64,000 bases of DNA from Leucoraja erinacea. Its lineage: Eukaryota. Shown here in pieces: positions 35,549 to 49,765 of the stretch. The notes beneath the pieces were generated by a model. The model saw nothing but the letters and a program-made list of their open reading frames with translations, was not told the DNA's origin and ran no database searches. The position numbers were made by a program, and so were the translations under genes. Every line of letters begins with the position of its first letter. Positions within the stretch are counted from its first letter, which is position 1. The stretch is from NCBI RefSeq assembly GCF_028641065.1, contig NC_073388.1, positions 20,212,001 to 20,276,000 of the forward strand, read 5' to 3'.

Positions 35549-36005
35549 TACTGCTTGTAGAAGACATATTGGTAAATAAATGTCGCTACTGCTTCTGACA
35601 TTTCCATCACTGCTGATTGAGAATGGTAATTAGCAGTTTGGATTTCTCCTGTATTTTGAAGACAAAACATACCTGGCTGATTTTCCAGTTTGGTGGGTAG
35701 ATGTGTTTTATCAATTTGTTATTAATGTGACCAAAGTCGCAGCTGGTTTGCAAATGCAGGTTTTCCATTGACATCCAGGCTGTTATCTGCTCCCTTGACT
35801 GTTGCAACATCCAATGCTCTCAGCTGGTTCCTGAAGATGGAGTAAATCAAATTTTCTTCTGTGATTACAGAGCAAAAGTCATACAGCATGGAAACTTATG
35901 TTTGCCCCAATTCCCTTTAAACCGGTTCTATCCATTTACCTGTCCAAATGTATTTTAAATGCTGTTATAGTATTGCCTCAACTATCTCCGGCAGCTCGTT
36001 CCATA

Positions 36006-37405
36006 TTCAGATTCAGATTCAATTTTAATTGTCATTGTCAGTGTACAGTACAGAGACAACGAAATGCATTTAGCATCTCCCTGGAAGAGCGACATAGCAA
36101 ATGATTTGAATAAATAATAATAAGTGTCCGGGGGGGGGTGGTGATTGGCAGTCACCGAGGTACGTTGTTGAGTAGAGTGACAGCCGCCGGGAAGAAGCTG
36201 TTCCTTGACCTGCTGGTTCGGCAACGGAGAGACCTGTAGCGCCTCCCGGATGGTAGGAGGTTAAACAGTCCATGTTTAGGGTGAGAGCAGTCCTTGGCGA
36301 TGCTGAGCGGCCTCCGCAGACAATGCTTGCTTTGGACAGACTCAATGGAGGGGAGCGAGGAACCGATGATGTGTTGAGCAATTTTCACCACCCTCTGCAA
36401 TGCCTTTCGGTCGGAGACAGAGCAGTTGCCATACCATACTGTGATGCAGTTGTTAAGGATGCTCTCGATGGTGCAGCGGTAGAAGTTCACCAGGATCTGA
36501 GGAGACAGATGGACCTTCTTCAGTCTACTCAGGAAGAAGAGACGCTGGTGAGCCTTCTTGATCAGAGTTGAGGTATTGTGGGTCCAAGAGAGGTCATCGG
36601 AGATGTTGACTCCCAGGAACCTGAAGCTAGAAACACGTTCCACCTTCGTCCCGTTAATGTGGATGGGGGTGTGCGTGCCGCCTCTGGACTTCCTGAAGTC
36701 TACAATGATCTCCTTGGTCTTCTTGGAGTTAAGGGCCAGGTTGTTGTCAGTGCACCATGCTGCTAAGTGCTGGACCTCCTCCCTGTAGGCCGACTCATCG
36801 TTGTTGCTGATGAGGCCAATCACCGTTGTATCATCTGCATACTTGATGATGGTGTTAGTACCATGTACAGGTGTGCAGTTGTAGGTGAAGAGGGAGTAGA
36901 GGAGGGGGCTCAGCACACAGCCCTGTGGAACGCCGGTGTTCAGGGTGAGGGTTGAAGAGGTGTGCTTGTCTAACCTAACAGACTGGGGTCTGTTGGTTAG
37001 AAAGTCCAGTATCCAGTTGCAGAGGGTGTGGTCGATGCCCAGGTTACCGAGTTTGGTGATCAGTTTTGATGGTATGATGGTGTTGAATGCTTTGCTGTAA
37101 TCGATGAACAGCATTCTTACGTAAGTGTCTCTGTTGTCGAGGTGGGAGAGGGCGGAGTGAAGTGCCGTTGAGATGGCATCCTCCGTTCTGTTCTTGCGGT
37201 AGGCAAACTGATAGGGATCCAGTGTGGGGGGTAGGCAGCTTTTGAGGTGTGCCAGGACCAGCCTCTCGAAGCACTTGGTGATGATGGGGGTAAGTGCAAC
37301 TGGGCGGAAGTAGTTGAGGCTTGCCGCAGTGGAGTGTTTTGGCACTGGCACGATGGAGGTGGTTTTAAGTGTTTTGGCACTGGCACGATGGAGGTGGTTT
37401 TAAGT
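36006..37405 (-). mobile_element. Rex1/Babar non-LTR retrotransposon, 5'-truncated, with 399-aa open RT/C-terminal ORF, in MARS2 intron 1
   Basis: RPVALTP...[12 protein letters not shown]...[14 protein letters not shown]...[17 protein letters not shown]; (CTGAAT)n 3' tail; inserted in a CR1 fragment. Confidence 0.93.
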
Positions 37406-38671
37406 GGTTTATATCCACCATTCTCTGTGTGAAAATATTTCCCCCTGGGTTCCTATTAAATCTTGTCGGGATTGCAAGGAGAAAACTGTTTACTTCTGAG
37501 AAATGTGCTTTGTTATGTTACTCCAAGGAACACTTGAGTGGAGACTAGTCGCTGCAGCTATTTATTTAACATTTTGCTGAAGCAGTAAAGCATTTCACTT
37601 TTTATTACCCACATTATTCTCCTTGCAGCATTGGAGCACACATTTAGCCCAGCCTATTATTTCCAATTCTGCACCTATTTTCTCTATCCTATTCCTCCAT
37701 ACTGTATGAACATTATTCCCTGCCCCCCCCCCCCCTTATTTCTTTAACATCTTCCTATCATTCATCTGCGCAATAGGGGAAATGTATAAAAGCCAATTAG
37801 CCTACCATGCCACTGCTATGCAATCATGTAGATGTGACCTGCATGGTGCCATTAGTGAAGCATTGTAATATTAATCACAAGTATGATTAAAATTGCAAAT
37901 CTCATTGGGACATTTTAACAAATCAAGTCATCTTATGCAAGTAAAATTAGAAATTACAAATTTCCACCTTTTCTCTCCACTTGTAGGTCAACAATGTTTG
38001 TATTCTCTCGGTTCCTAACAGTTTAAGTATGGCATATTTTTTGTTAAAAGCATGCTTGCATCCTCCTCTCCCCATTGTGATTGTCATTTGTCATGTTTCA
38101 CACCAATGACAAAGCAAAAGAAAATATTTAAAAAAAAACCCGACAGGTGCTGGAAATATGAAAGAATAATGGAAAATGCTCGATGCACTCAGCAGGCCAG
38201 GCTATATATGTGGAAAGTGAATTGATCTTTGCTTCAAAGGTAGACAAAAATGCTGGAGAAACTCAGCGGGTGGAGCAAAGGTATAAGTGACGTTTCGGGT
38301 CGAGACCCTTCTTCTGATCTTTGCTTCAGGTCACTCGTACTCAGTGTTTTCAATATTTGCTATTTTTGTGGCATAGTTTATCATTGCTTACACGACTGGA
38401 AGCATTGCCTATCCATTTCTTGCACAAATACTGCCTGACCCGCTGAGGGCCTCCAGCACTTTGTATTTTACTTTGTATAGCACTTGTGTGTCTTTTTTTA
38501 GATCCCCAGATCATTTATCCTGGAGTCATTGTTCTTACTGCAGTCAACTATGTCACTTGCTCATTTCTACTCTCATTTTAACTTTGTCTACTCATTTTCT
38601 AATTTCATTGAAATATTTATATTTTTGTTGTCAGATTTAATTCTATAACACAGCTGTTTCATTCATCTCAG

Positions 38672-39006
38672 GGACAGATGAACATGGCCTGAAGATTCAA
38701 CAAGCTGCAGATGCAGCAGCTAAAAACCCATTGGAGTTCTGTGCCAGCGTGTCTGAGGAGTTCAAGAAACTGTTCCACAAGTCCCTGGTTTCATATACAG
38801 ATTACATTCGAACAACAGAGGAGCGTCACAAAACTGCAGTCCAATATTTTTGGTGTGTTCTGCGTGACAAGGGCTACCTCTACCAAGCAGCATACGAGGG
38901 CTGGTATTCCACTCCAGATGAGACTTTCCTTTCTGATTCACAAGTTTTAGAAAGAAAAGACACAAATGGGAACATTATTAAAGTATCTTTGGAAAGTGGT
39001 CACAAG
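38672..39006 (+). CDS. MARS2: MARS2 exon 2 (GTDEHGLKIQQAA...YEGWYSTPDETFL...ESGHK)
   Basis: CTCAG acceptor, MetRS GTDEHG motif, donor AAG|GTACGC. Confidence 0.97.
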
Positions 39007-39778
39007 GTACGCCTGCATTGGGAGTGCACTTATACTATGTACAATAGTGATCAGGAGTATTAAATGTGATTAGTACCTTGAGTTAATTTTCACAATATTT
39101 GAAAAGAGCAGTAGATATGATTGCTCATAACGCTGCTGTGTGCATTATCTGAAATTTTCCATGGTGGAAAGATTAATTTGCTTGTAACAAAAATAGTAAA
39201 TGCTGGTAGTACTCCAGTGAAGCAGCACACTTGGAGAAAGTTAATGTTTCAGATTATTGCTCTTTCATCAGAGTTTATAGTCCAGTAAACTGGCGCATTA
39301 ACTCTTTTTTCTACGTGTTCTGTCTGTAATTCCAGCATTTTCCTTTTTTTATTTTCATCGAGTATGGGGGAAGAGAACGGGGTGGGGTTTTACATTCATC
39401 AGTGTTTTTTGTGTGCAGACTAAAGGTTAAAAAAAATTGAAATTTTGTTTTCCATTAGCACTTAGCTTAACGATGTAATGTGGTTTGCACATTAACCCTG
39501 CTGAAAGTGACCTTGTCGAACCTTTCCATCTCCTGTAGCTTGATTCAACCTCAAAAGATCACCAGCTGCTGTATTAACATATTGTCAGTATCCTATTTGG
39601 CACTGAGTATTTCCTGATAATAGCTTCACTTTTTAAAAAGTATTTTTCACTTATGCAATTATGTTGTACTTCGTGCTTTAGTAAGTATGCACTAGTTGCA
39701 CACTGTAATTTTCACCTGCAGAAAATTGATGCATAACCTTTACTTTGGTTTAGTCTAAATTTGTTTTTTAACCAACAG

Positions 39779-40981
39779 GTAGAATGGACTAAAGAAGAAA
39801 ATTACTTGTTCAAATTGTCTGAGTTTAAACCCAAGTTGTTAGAGTGGTTAAAGAAGAACCCAGAAGTAATAATCCCTGAAAAATTCTATCACATTGTTCT
39901 CCACTGGCTTCAGGAAGAAATACCAGATATATCTGTATCACGACGAAGGAGCCGTTTGAAGTGGGGTATTCCAGTTCCTGCGGATTCAACACAAACAATT
40001 TATGTGTGGTTAGATGCTTTAGTTAATTACTTGACTGTAGCAGGTTATCCAGAGGATCAAAATCTGCCTGCCCTACATCACATTATTGGGAAGGATATTC
40101 TCAAGTTCCATGCCATCTATTGGCCTGCTTTCCTGATGGCAGCTGGTTTGCAGCTACCAAAACAAATCTATGTTCACTCCCATTGGACAGTCAATGGCCA
40201 AAAAATGTCCAAGAGTCGTGGAAATGTTGTTGACCCAATGGAAAGATTTTCTGTATACACTGTTGATGGTTTCAGATATTTTTTGCTGCGGCAAGGTGTG
40301 CCAGATGCGGACTGTGACTATTATGATGATAAAGTGGTGAAAGTTTTAAATGCAGACCTTGCAGATTCATTGGGAGGTCTCCTTAACCGTTGTACAGGCA
40401 CAAGCATAAATCCTGATCAAATTTACACAACATTTTTCAATCACTGCTTTCCTGAAAGACGGCCTGAAGACAACAGCCCCCTGAAAAGCAGAGCAACAAC
40501 TGAAGATTATAAAATGATTCAGACAGTTGAGCAACTACCGATGAATGTTAAGGACAGCTTCGAAAATCTACAAATTTATAAGGCCTTAGAAGCCATTAAT
40601 TTTTGTGTTCGATTAACAAATGGCTTTTTCCAAAGACACACTCCGTGGAAACTTGATGGAAAAATTGCTGAGGATTGCTGCTGGCTGGAAACAGTACTTC
40701 ACATTACTTTAGAGTGCCTACGCATTTATGGGATCTTATTGCAACCAGTGGTCCCAACAATTGCAAATCAACTGCTTTCACGGTTAGCTGTTGGCCCACA
40801 TGAACGAGACTGGGAACATTTGAACTTCTTGGCCAGATACCACAATAATATTTGCATATTTGAAGGAAGAAAGTTAGGTCCAGATACAGGAATCTTGTTT
40901 AACAGATTGGAGAGGATACATAAAGCTCCAAGCAAAACTCGAGGCAATCAGGAGATAAAGTTGCAACATATTCTGAAGTAA
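39779..40981 (+). CDS. MARS2: MARS2 exon 3 (catalytic core, KMSKS, anticodon-binding domain, stop)
   Basis: AACAG acceptor; [36 protein letters not shown]; total CDS 1833 nt; ATTAAA at 41044 and 41053. Confidence 0.98.
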   Translation, partial: VEWTKEENYLFKLSEFKPKLLEWLKKNPEVIIPEKFYHIVLHWLQEEIPDISVSRRRSRLKWGIPVPADSTQTIYVWLDALVNYLTVAGYPEDQNLPALHHIIGKDILKFHAIYWPAFLMAAGLQLPKQIYVHSHWTVNGQKMSKSRGNVVDPMERFSVYTVDGFRYFLLRQGVPDADCDYYDDKVVKVLNADLADSLGGLLNRCTGTSINPDQIYTTFFNHCFPERRPEDNSPLKSRATTEDYKMIQTVEQLPMNVKDSFENLQIYKALEAINFCVRLTNGFFQRHTPWKLDGKIAEDCCWLETVLHITLECLRIYGILLQPVVPTIANQLLSRLAVGPHERDWEHLNFLARYHNNICIFEGRKLGPDTGILFNRLERIHKAPSKTRGNQEIKLQHILK

Positions 40982-41639
40982 ATCTGAGATGTTAAGTCAC
41001 TCACCGTCCTGTGTGAATAATGAATCCTGAAGATATTGTACGTATTAAAGTTATTAAACAATAGATTAATAATTTTTAAATTGTTTGTACAAGTTATTTT
41101 ACTTGCATTATAAATGCGTTTTTCCTCTTTTTTAGGTAATGACATCAGCTCTAACCCGAAAAATTTATGAACATTGGTTTATGACTGCTACAGGCTACAT
41201 GTAACTGACCTGTATGAATTCATCTTTAAGTCTGATATAATTTCATTTACAAACTGTTCTTAATATCTAACCACCTATAGCAGTAATGTATTTTTGTACA
41301 GAATCTAATCTATTTCTAAACCAAATTCATGCTCTTTGAGTAGCAATTTAAGTTTTCAGGTTAATTTATTTTCTTGTGTCAGAATAACTGGTATGTTGTA
41401 TGGGAAAATCATTCTTTTTTGCTTTTGCTTCCCTCAGTATGGTCAAGTATTTGCAGGTTTTTATTCATACAGTTTTATGAATCTGTCTCTCTTTCTCTGC
41501 AACTTAGTATGGTACATTTTGGAAATTGATTTGCTTCAAAGCTACACTCGCCCTTAGTTATGGCACATCTCTATAATGCTGCCATAATTTTGTCAGTTGT
41601 ATCAAATACTAGACGACCTGTTGGGTCCCAGATATCCTC

Positions 41640-42510
41640 GAGACGTTCAGTTATTTGAAATTCCATCGATCTCCTGGGTCCTGCTTAGCCATCCTCCTCT
41701 GCTGTACCACTTGTCTGGCCTGTGGCTCTTGTGGGCGTGGCCCTCTTGTGGGCGTGGTCCTGGGTCGCTGGGCCTGCCAGGGCTTTGACTCAATTCGGTC
41801 CTGCGATTCTGGGGATTGCAGCGGTTCCAGGTATTCCAACATGCCCATCTGCTGCTGGTCGAAGATGCACAGCTCATCAGCGCGGGCCGCTAGCCGGATG
41901 GGATCCTCGAAGCTCTCCCCCGCGAGCTGCTTGCGGATATCTCACGGCAGCTGCTGCAGGTAGGTAAATTCAAAGCAGAGCTGGTGGTTGCCCATGAGCG
42001 TGAGCATCTCGCACATGAGGGCCGAGGACATCCGGTCGCCGAGCCCGCCCATGTTAAGGACCTGACAGGCGCGCTGCATTCGGCTCGGCCCATTGATCCG
42101 GAAAAGCAGCTCCTTGAAGCCTGTGTACTTACCCACCGCCGGCGGATTATCCAGGTAAGGAATGACCCCGACCGGCCGTCTGCTGGTCAAGGGCGCTTAC
42201 CACATAGTGATAGCGAGTCTCATCGGTTGTAACACTGTGGATGTAAAATTGGGATTCGGCCTGTCGGCCTGTAAAACCTCGGCTGCGAGGTCCAAAATGT
42301 CAATTGCTTTAGGAAGACTCTGTTGAGTCCGGCCTCATCGGCCTTGTTTCCTCAAAAACTAGTCGGACACGAGTTGTGTGCATTAGACATGTTTAATCAC
42401 TCTAATACAGCTCCCTACTCCTCCAAGGACACAGGCGTTGCCCGGCCTTAAATACCAAATCTGGTACTGACCCCATGACTATTGGCCTAAATTTGGTATT
42501 TGCTGGTCAC
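41640..42510 (-). mobile_element. Gypsy-type LTR retrotransposon gag remnant, possibly with partial LTR
   Basis: QAESQF..VTTDETRYHYVVSALD....YLDNPPAVGKY..KELL and GLGDRMSSALMCEML...YLQQLP, frameshifted. Confidence 0.75.
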
Positions 42511-42699
42511 TTGTGCAGCATAGAGTGTAAAAGATTCTATAACTAGCTGATAAAATATAATGCCACTATTTTGATGCCTCATTCTTTTTGATTAATTCAA
42601 GTTGACAATTTACAATTCTAGAAGGCAAAGGCTTCAACCCAATAGCTGGACTCAATTGTACTCAAATTATGATTATTTTAATCTTTAGAATGATAAAAA

Positions 42700-43428
42700 C
42701 TATCCACCGGATGGCGCTCTGATGGCAGCCTCACCAAGAGTCGGTCCTTTTCGTCTTTGTTATATTTAGTGTGTTTTTAAAGCATGTGTTAATGTTCTCT
42801 GGTTTTATGTGGGCGGGGTGTCGGGGGAAATGTTTCTTCAGTCTCTTACCTTGCCGGAGATGCAATTGTTTTCCCGGATTGTATCTCCAGTCACTCTGCG
42901 GCCTAACATCGTGGAGGGCGAGGCCTTGCTCAGGACTGACTTTGAGCCCCACTGCGGGGCATGGACTTACCATCAGAGCCGATTCCTTGCCTGCGATTGG
43001 TGCGGACTTTAACATCAAGGAGCTCGCAGTCTTGGGTTGAGACCGACGACGGGAAGCTCCAAAAGCCACACGACGTTCGACTAGCCCCGACCCGGGGTAG
43101 ATCGCCCGGCAGTGGAGAAGCTGAGATCCCCCGACCCCCCCCCCCCGATGCAGGAGCTTGATCGCTCCGATGTGGAGGCCCGCCCCGGCTACGGGAAAGA
43201 TCATCCCAACAACGAAAGGTTAGAGGCCCTCGACCGCTGGAGGTCAAAGGGAGAGATTGAACTTTTTTTTGCCTTGCATCACAGTGAGGAATGCGGCAGA
43301 GTCACTGGTGGATGTTCATTTTAAAAAGTATTTTGTGTGTTCTGTTGCTTTTTATTGGTATGATGACTACGGCAAATCAAATTATTTGAACGTTGTAAAA
43401 TGTACATGGCTAATAAAGTATGATTATG
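42700..43428 (+). mobile_element. Unclassified non-autonomous retroelement, CpG-rich body with LINE-like tail
   Basis: No credible ORF; ends AATAAAGTATGATTATGA with a short tandem tail like Rex/L2 3' ends. Confidence 0.45.
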
Positions 43429-46400
43429 AAAATTAAGGTCAATAAGAAGAGTAATATAATCCTGCAGTTTAATCAAGAATTAAATGATTTCTGCACTCAA
43501 TTATACAGTCAAATTGTACAGCATAAAATAAGCAAGCCTTCAGCCCACTGCATGTATGTCCACTTTATGTCTATCTATATGAATCAGTTTTCTTGCCTTA
43601 ATTTCATATCTCTATGCCCTGCTCATTCAAGTGTCTGTTCAGATGCTACTGTTTGTGCCTACACCACCACCACCTCTTGACAGCTCATTTAGTTTAGTTT
43701 AATTTAGTTTATTGTCACATGTAAAGAGGTACAGTGGAAATCTTTTGTTGCATTCTAACCAGCCAACAGAAAGACTTCATGATTCCAATTAAGCTATTCA
43801 CATGTACAGATACATGATAAGGGTATAACGTTTAGTGCAAGTTTAGTCCAACCAAACATAGTCCGAGGGTCCCCGATGAGGTAGTTAGTTGGTCAGGACT
43901 AGTCTGGTTGTGGTGGGATGCTTCAGTTGCCTGATAACAGCTAGGAAGAAACTGTCCCTGAATCTAGAGGTGTGCATTTTCACACGTCTTTGCCTTTTGC
44001 GCGATGGGAGAGAGAGTGGCCAGGGTGTGACTCATCCTTGATTTATGCTGCTGGCCTTGCCAAGGTGGCGTGAGGTATAAATTGAGTCAATGGAAGGGAG
44101 GTTGGTTTGTGTGATGGTCTGGGCTGCATCCGCAATTTCGAGTAGTCTTGGATGGAGCTGAACCCAAACTAAGCTGCGATGCATCCCGATAAAATGCTTT
44201 TTATGACGCATCTAGAAGTCCTCAGATATCCTTTATACCTCCTCCCTTTCAGCCTGATCATTTTGGACTCGCCAACCATGGAATACAGATTTTATCTATC
44301 CGAAAAAAGACACTGCTGGAATATCTCAACGGGTCAGGCAACATCTCTGGAGAACAATGGATAGGTGACAGTTTGAGTTGGGACCCTTCTTCAATCAATG
44401 CTTCTTCACTTACTTGACCGACACTAAAAAGGAGTCCGAGAAAGGGTCTTGACCTTCTTGTATCTCTTATGCTTGGATGCTTGTATCGCTAGAACTGACT
44501 TCAGCAGCATTTCTCAAGTCATTGCCCATGATCGTGTATGTCCTGCTCTGGGTTAATTTCCCAAAATGTTAAACTTCCTTTGCCAGCTTTTCCAGTTGAT
44601 CAATAGCCTGTTATAACTTGGACAAGCTTCTTCGCTATCCACTATTTTGGTATCAGTTGCAAACTCACTGATCGTGCCAGCTTCATTCTCATCTGAATCT
44701 TTGATATAAATGACAAATAACAAAGGATCTGGGACCCACCCCAGGCCTCAGTGTGAAAATATCCCTCTTCTACCACTCTGTACCTCCTACCATCAACCCA
44801 ATTTTGTATCCAGATGGCTAGCTCATCCTAGATCCCATATCCCTTAGTCTTCAGGGCCAGCCTATCATGGGGCATTGTCAAAATGTTTACTAAAATCAAT
44901 CAAATGTACAGCACAGAACCAAGCCCTTCAGCCCACTGAGTCCAGTCCAATTATTTACACTAATTCTACATAATCCTAATTCTGGATTACTCCTATATGC
45001 TACCTTTGACTCACCAATTTCCCTTTATCCTTTGTACCCAGACAACACGCGGTACATAACAATGGTCAATTAATCTACCAATCTGCGTGTTGTTGGGAGT
45101 AAAATAGAGCACCCAGAGGAAACTTGTGCATCATTTGCAAACTAAACACACTCTACATAGGATTGAACATGGGTCAGGATTGAACATAGGTTTCCAGTGC
45201 CATGAGATGGTGGCACCACTAGTGCTACTGTGCCATCCCAAAGCAATTTGTGGTCATGTACCCATCAATGTAATTTCAGATCCTAATTGTTTAATATTAA
45301 AGCAGCTGTCAATGTTATGAATATTCACTTTTTTTTCAACAATTAAAATAGGAAATGTAGGGGAATTATAGTCATGAGGAAACTGTATTTGAAAATGTTA
45401 AATCTTCAGTTCTTCACTGTTCTGGTGCAAAGTCATCGTACTGAAGTAATTCTGTGCTTGACTCCATTACTGTTTCCTGAACTGTTGAGTAGCTTTCAAG
45501 TAAAGTAATAAATCAGGCCACAGGACAGATATTTTCTTCTGTGACTTGCAAGTTTTAATAGATGCAGTGTTAAGAGAGACGCAGATAAAAGCCTGAAAAT
45601 GTTGGCAGTCTAGATTCATTAATGTTATCACAATGTCGGGGTCAATCAAGGTAAAATAGGGTTATGAAGTTGTGAATGTTTTGGTACAGATTGAGTTAAA
45701 GTTTGGGAATGTCTGATCTGTCATCCGGTATTATCTTGATAATAAATGTACTATATTTCTTGGATCCCTTAACTCTTGATTTCATTATAAACCTAAAATG
45801 TGGTTATTACTTTATAAATGCATTCAGTTGCTCAATCTAGGACCTCCTGAGAGAAATCCCTCTTCATTTCGGTCCAAAATGGATGACACCATATTCTGAT
45901 CCCAATTCCAGATTCCTACACAAGGGGGAAACAGTCTCCTATTATCTATGACCTCCAGTCCCTTCAGAATTGTATATGATCCAACACCAAATTAATACAA
46001 TGTTAAGCAAATATGGAAGAGGAGGACTTCCTGCTCATTTGGAATAATGTTTGAATTCTAACCTTCATGAAGAACCGTAGCAATGATGCTGAAGTGGCCT
46101 GATAAAAGTAAATAGAGAAAGGTATTTAAAAAGTAAGCATGGAAATAAAACAAACCAAGGTTCAAGCACAGTGGACAAATTAAGGCTGTAAATTTATTTC
46201 TCATACTTAAATAGACATGAAGTATAATTGAATTAAAACTAAGATTTCTTAAAACAAATGATTTAATTATATTTGTAACGTCTGCTGAATGCTGAGCAGC
46301 AAAACATGATTTTTTTTTTTAACAAACTCACACCGATAGAATAGCTTTCTAAGCATTCACCTTGTGATTTTATATTGAGTGGAACCATTTCAATGCAAGT

Positions 46401-46867
46401 TCATTGTGGGACATTATTGTTCTTTTCTCTTTCCGCATATTATCTTTCTTAAGATGTGTAAATTACATTATTAAGTTATACTATTTGAAATAATTCAATC
46501 CAGCCATAACAACTGAATGTCTAGTTTATTGTTGATCATATCAGCCTTTATTCACATTTAAGATGATGTATGCTGGACCTTCAGAAATATGTCATATTTT
46601 AAACAAATAAGACAACTATTTAGTTCAGATCTCAGGGCAATGTCTCTTGTGTCTATGGATTACATGATTGTACCAGGAGTTATTCCTTGGAGCACAGGAG
46701 TATGTGGTGATCTTATAGAGGTGTGTAAGATCATGAGGGGAATAGACAGCGTGAACACACAGTAGTTTTACCCCAAATAATGGAATCAACAACCAGATGA
46801 CGTAGGTTTAAGGTGAGAGGGGAAAAATTTCATAAGAACCCGAGGAACTACTTTTTCACTCAGAGGG

Positions 46868-49765
46868 TCAAGTCAACTTTATTTGTCACATACGCATACA
46901 AGTTGTGCAATGAAATGAAAGTGGCAATGCCTGCGGATTGTGCAAAAATAACAAAACAAAACAGAACAGAACCAGTATTTACATTTTAGAAAAATAAAAA
47001 GACACAACACAACAGTAAATTAGTCCCTGGTGAGATAAGAGTTTACAGTCCTGATGGCCTGTGGGACAAAACTCCGTCTCATCCACTCTGTTTTCGCAGC
47101 GTGACAGCGGAGGCACTTGCCTGATCGTAGCAACTGGAACAGTCCGTTGCTGGGGTGGTATGGGTCCATCATTATCTTGCTGGCTCTGGATCTGCACCTC
47201 CAGGTGTATAGGTCCTGCAGGGGTGGTGAGTGCAGTTCCCATAGTGCGTTTGGCCAAATGCACTACTCTGTGCAGAGCCTTCCTGTCCTGAGCAGAGCTG
47301 TTCTCAAATTAGATCGAGATGTTACCGGACAGGATGCTTTCTACAGCCCCAGAGTAGAAGGACTGAAGAATCCTCAGAGAGACTGAATTTCCTCAGCTGC
47401 CTTAGATGGTAAAGGTGCTGCCTTGTCTTCCTCACCAGTGCGGCAGTGTGTGATGTTCATGTCAGATCCTCTGTGATGTGGACTCCCAGGTACGTATTTA
47501 AAGCAGCTCGCCCTATCCACAGTAGTCCCATTTATCCCCAGTGGCATGTACGTCCCCAGTTATTGTGCCCTTCTAAAGTCCACAATCAGCTTCTTAGTTT
47601 TTGTGACATTCAAGAGGAGGCTGTTGTCCCGACACCAGAGTGCCAGGTCAGCCACCTCCTCCAGGTAGGCCTTATCATCGTTATGGCCCACCACCACAGT
47701 GTCATCAGCAAACTTAATGATGGAGTTGGAGCTGAACCTGGCCACACAGTCATGTGTGTACAGGGAGTGCAGTAGAGAGCTGAGGACGTATCCCTGGGGG
47801 GGATCCTGTGTTCAGGGTGAGGGGGTTGGAGGTATGTCTCCCCATCTTAAGCACCTGGGGCCTGGTGGTGAGAAAGTTCAGGACCCAGGCACACAGAGGG
47901 GTGTTCAGCCCCAGTTCCAGCAGCTTCTCAGCAAGTCTGGTGGGGACGATGGTGTTGAAAGCTGAACTGAAATCAATGAACAGCATGCTCACATACCCTC
48001 CCTTCTGGCTGTCAAAGTGAGAGAGAGCGGTGTGCAGAACCTGGGAGACCGCATCATCCATGGATCTGTTTGGACGGTATGCGAACTGCAGCGGGTCCAT
48101 GGTGCGAGGGAGGAAGCCGCAGATGCAGTTCTTGATCAGCCTCTCGAAGCATTTCATGACTACCAAGGTGAGAGCCACCAGTCGGTAGTCATTCAAGCAG
48201 GCTGGAGAGGCATTCTTAGGCACTGGTACAATGGTGGATCTTTTGAAGCAGGCAGGGACCACGGACTTGGCCAGGGAGAGGTTGAATATTGTGGTGAGCA
48301 CTGGAGCAAGCTGATTAGCGCAAGACTTTAGTACTCGCCCAGATTTACCATCTGGGCGTACAGCTTTCCTCATGTTCACACACGTCAGAGCCCTCCTCAC
48401 GTCGTGCTCGGACACCGAGAATGTGTGCACATCCCCAGCGGTGGACCTCCCTCCAGCCTCGCTAGCCAGCGCGCCGGCGGTGTTATAGTTAGCTGGCGAG
48501 CTAGGGGTGATGTTGCTCATCTCGAATCGTGCGTAAAAAGAGTTTAGGTCATCAGCTAAGGAGATGCCGGCACGCCCGGTCGAGGGGAGGATGCTCTGGT
48601 AGTTAGTTATAGTCCGTAGCCCCTGCCAAAGGCGCCTGGTGTCCCACTGCTCCATCTGCGACTCCATCCTGTCCCTGTACCTCCTTCTTGCGTCCTTCAC
48701 CGGCCTTCGCAGTCTGTACGACTCTACCTTGTAGTCGATCATACTGCCGGATGCCAGGCCGGAGTTGTAAGCAGCGGTGTGAGCATTCAAGGCAACGCGA
48801 ATGGACCTGTCCACCCAGGATTTTTGATTAGGAAAGATGTGAACCCTTACCGTGGGGCCAATGTTATCAGCTATTGTTGCAATGAAGTCCGTGACTCCTT
48901 TCGCGAACTCACTGATGTCTCTGGAACTTGATTGGAACATATTCCTGTTGACATCGCTCATTGCATCCTGCAGCATGGCCTCTGAATGGTCAGACCACTG
49001 CTTTATGTCCCTCGTCACTGCCGCTTCCCATACTATCCGTTGTTTATACTCCGGCAACAGGAAAATGGCATCATGGGCAGATTTTCCAAAAGGAGGGAGA
49101 GAAACGGCCTTATATCCTTTCCTGAACGGCGTGTAGCAGTGGTCCAAAATTCTTTCCCCCCTGGTGACACATGTGATGTGTTGACAGAAGTTAGGCATAA
49201 CCTTTTTGAGATTTTCCTTATTAAAATCCCCAGCCATCAGCATAGCCGCATCAGGGTTTTTGTACTGATGCCGACATAACACATCGTGTAGGGCCAATAG
49301 TGCCACATCGGTGTCCGCATACGATGGTATGTAGATGGCTGTGATGATCACTGAGCTGAACTCATGGGGAAGGTAGAATGGACGGCATGAGATAGTCAGA
49401 TGCTCCAGGTCAGGCGGGCAGAAACGAGAAAGCGTATTAATATTCCTAGGTTTGCACCAGCTATTATTGGTCATGAAGCAAACTCCTCCACCCTTTGATT
49501 TCCTGGATTCTTCCGTTCTGTCCGCACGGAAAACGGACTCGATTGGGCAAATTACTTGATCCGGCACCAGCGTTCAGCCATGTCTCGGTCAAACAGAAGA
49601 TGTTGCAGTCTCTTATGTCCTGCTGGAAGATAATCCTCGCCCTGAGGTCATCCAACTTGTTCTCCAGGGTCTGGACGTTAGCCAGAAGGATGCTGGGCAG
49701 AGGTGGACGGAGGACTTGGGCTCTTAGCCTATTCTGAATACCCCCCGCTTACCTCGATGTTTTCG
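46868..49765 (-). mobile_element. Near full-length Rex1/Babar ORF (APE endonuclease plus RT), inserted in a CR1 fragment
   Basis: LPSILLANV..LENK, CLTETWL, AGDFN, LDHCY, 605-aa ORF with MLFIDFSSAFNTI, KFADD; CR1 sequence resumes on both flanks. Confidence 0.93.
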
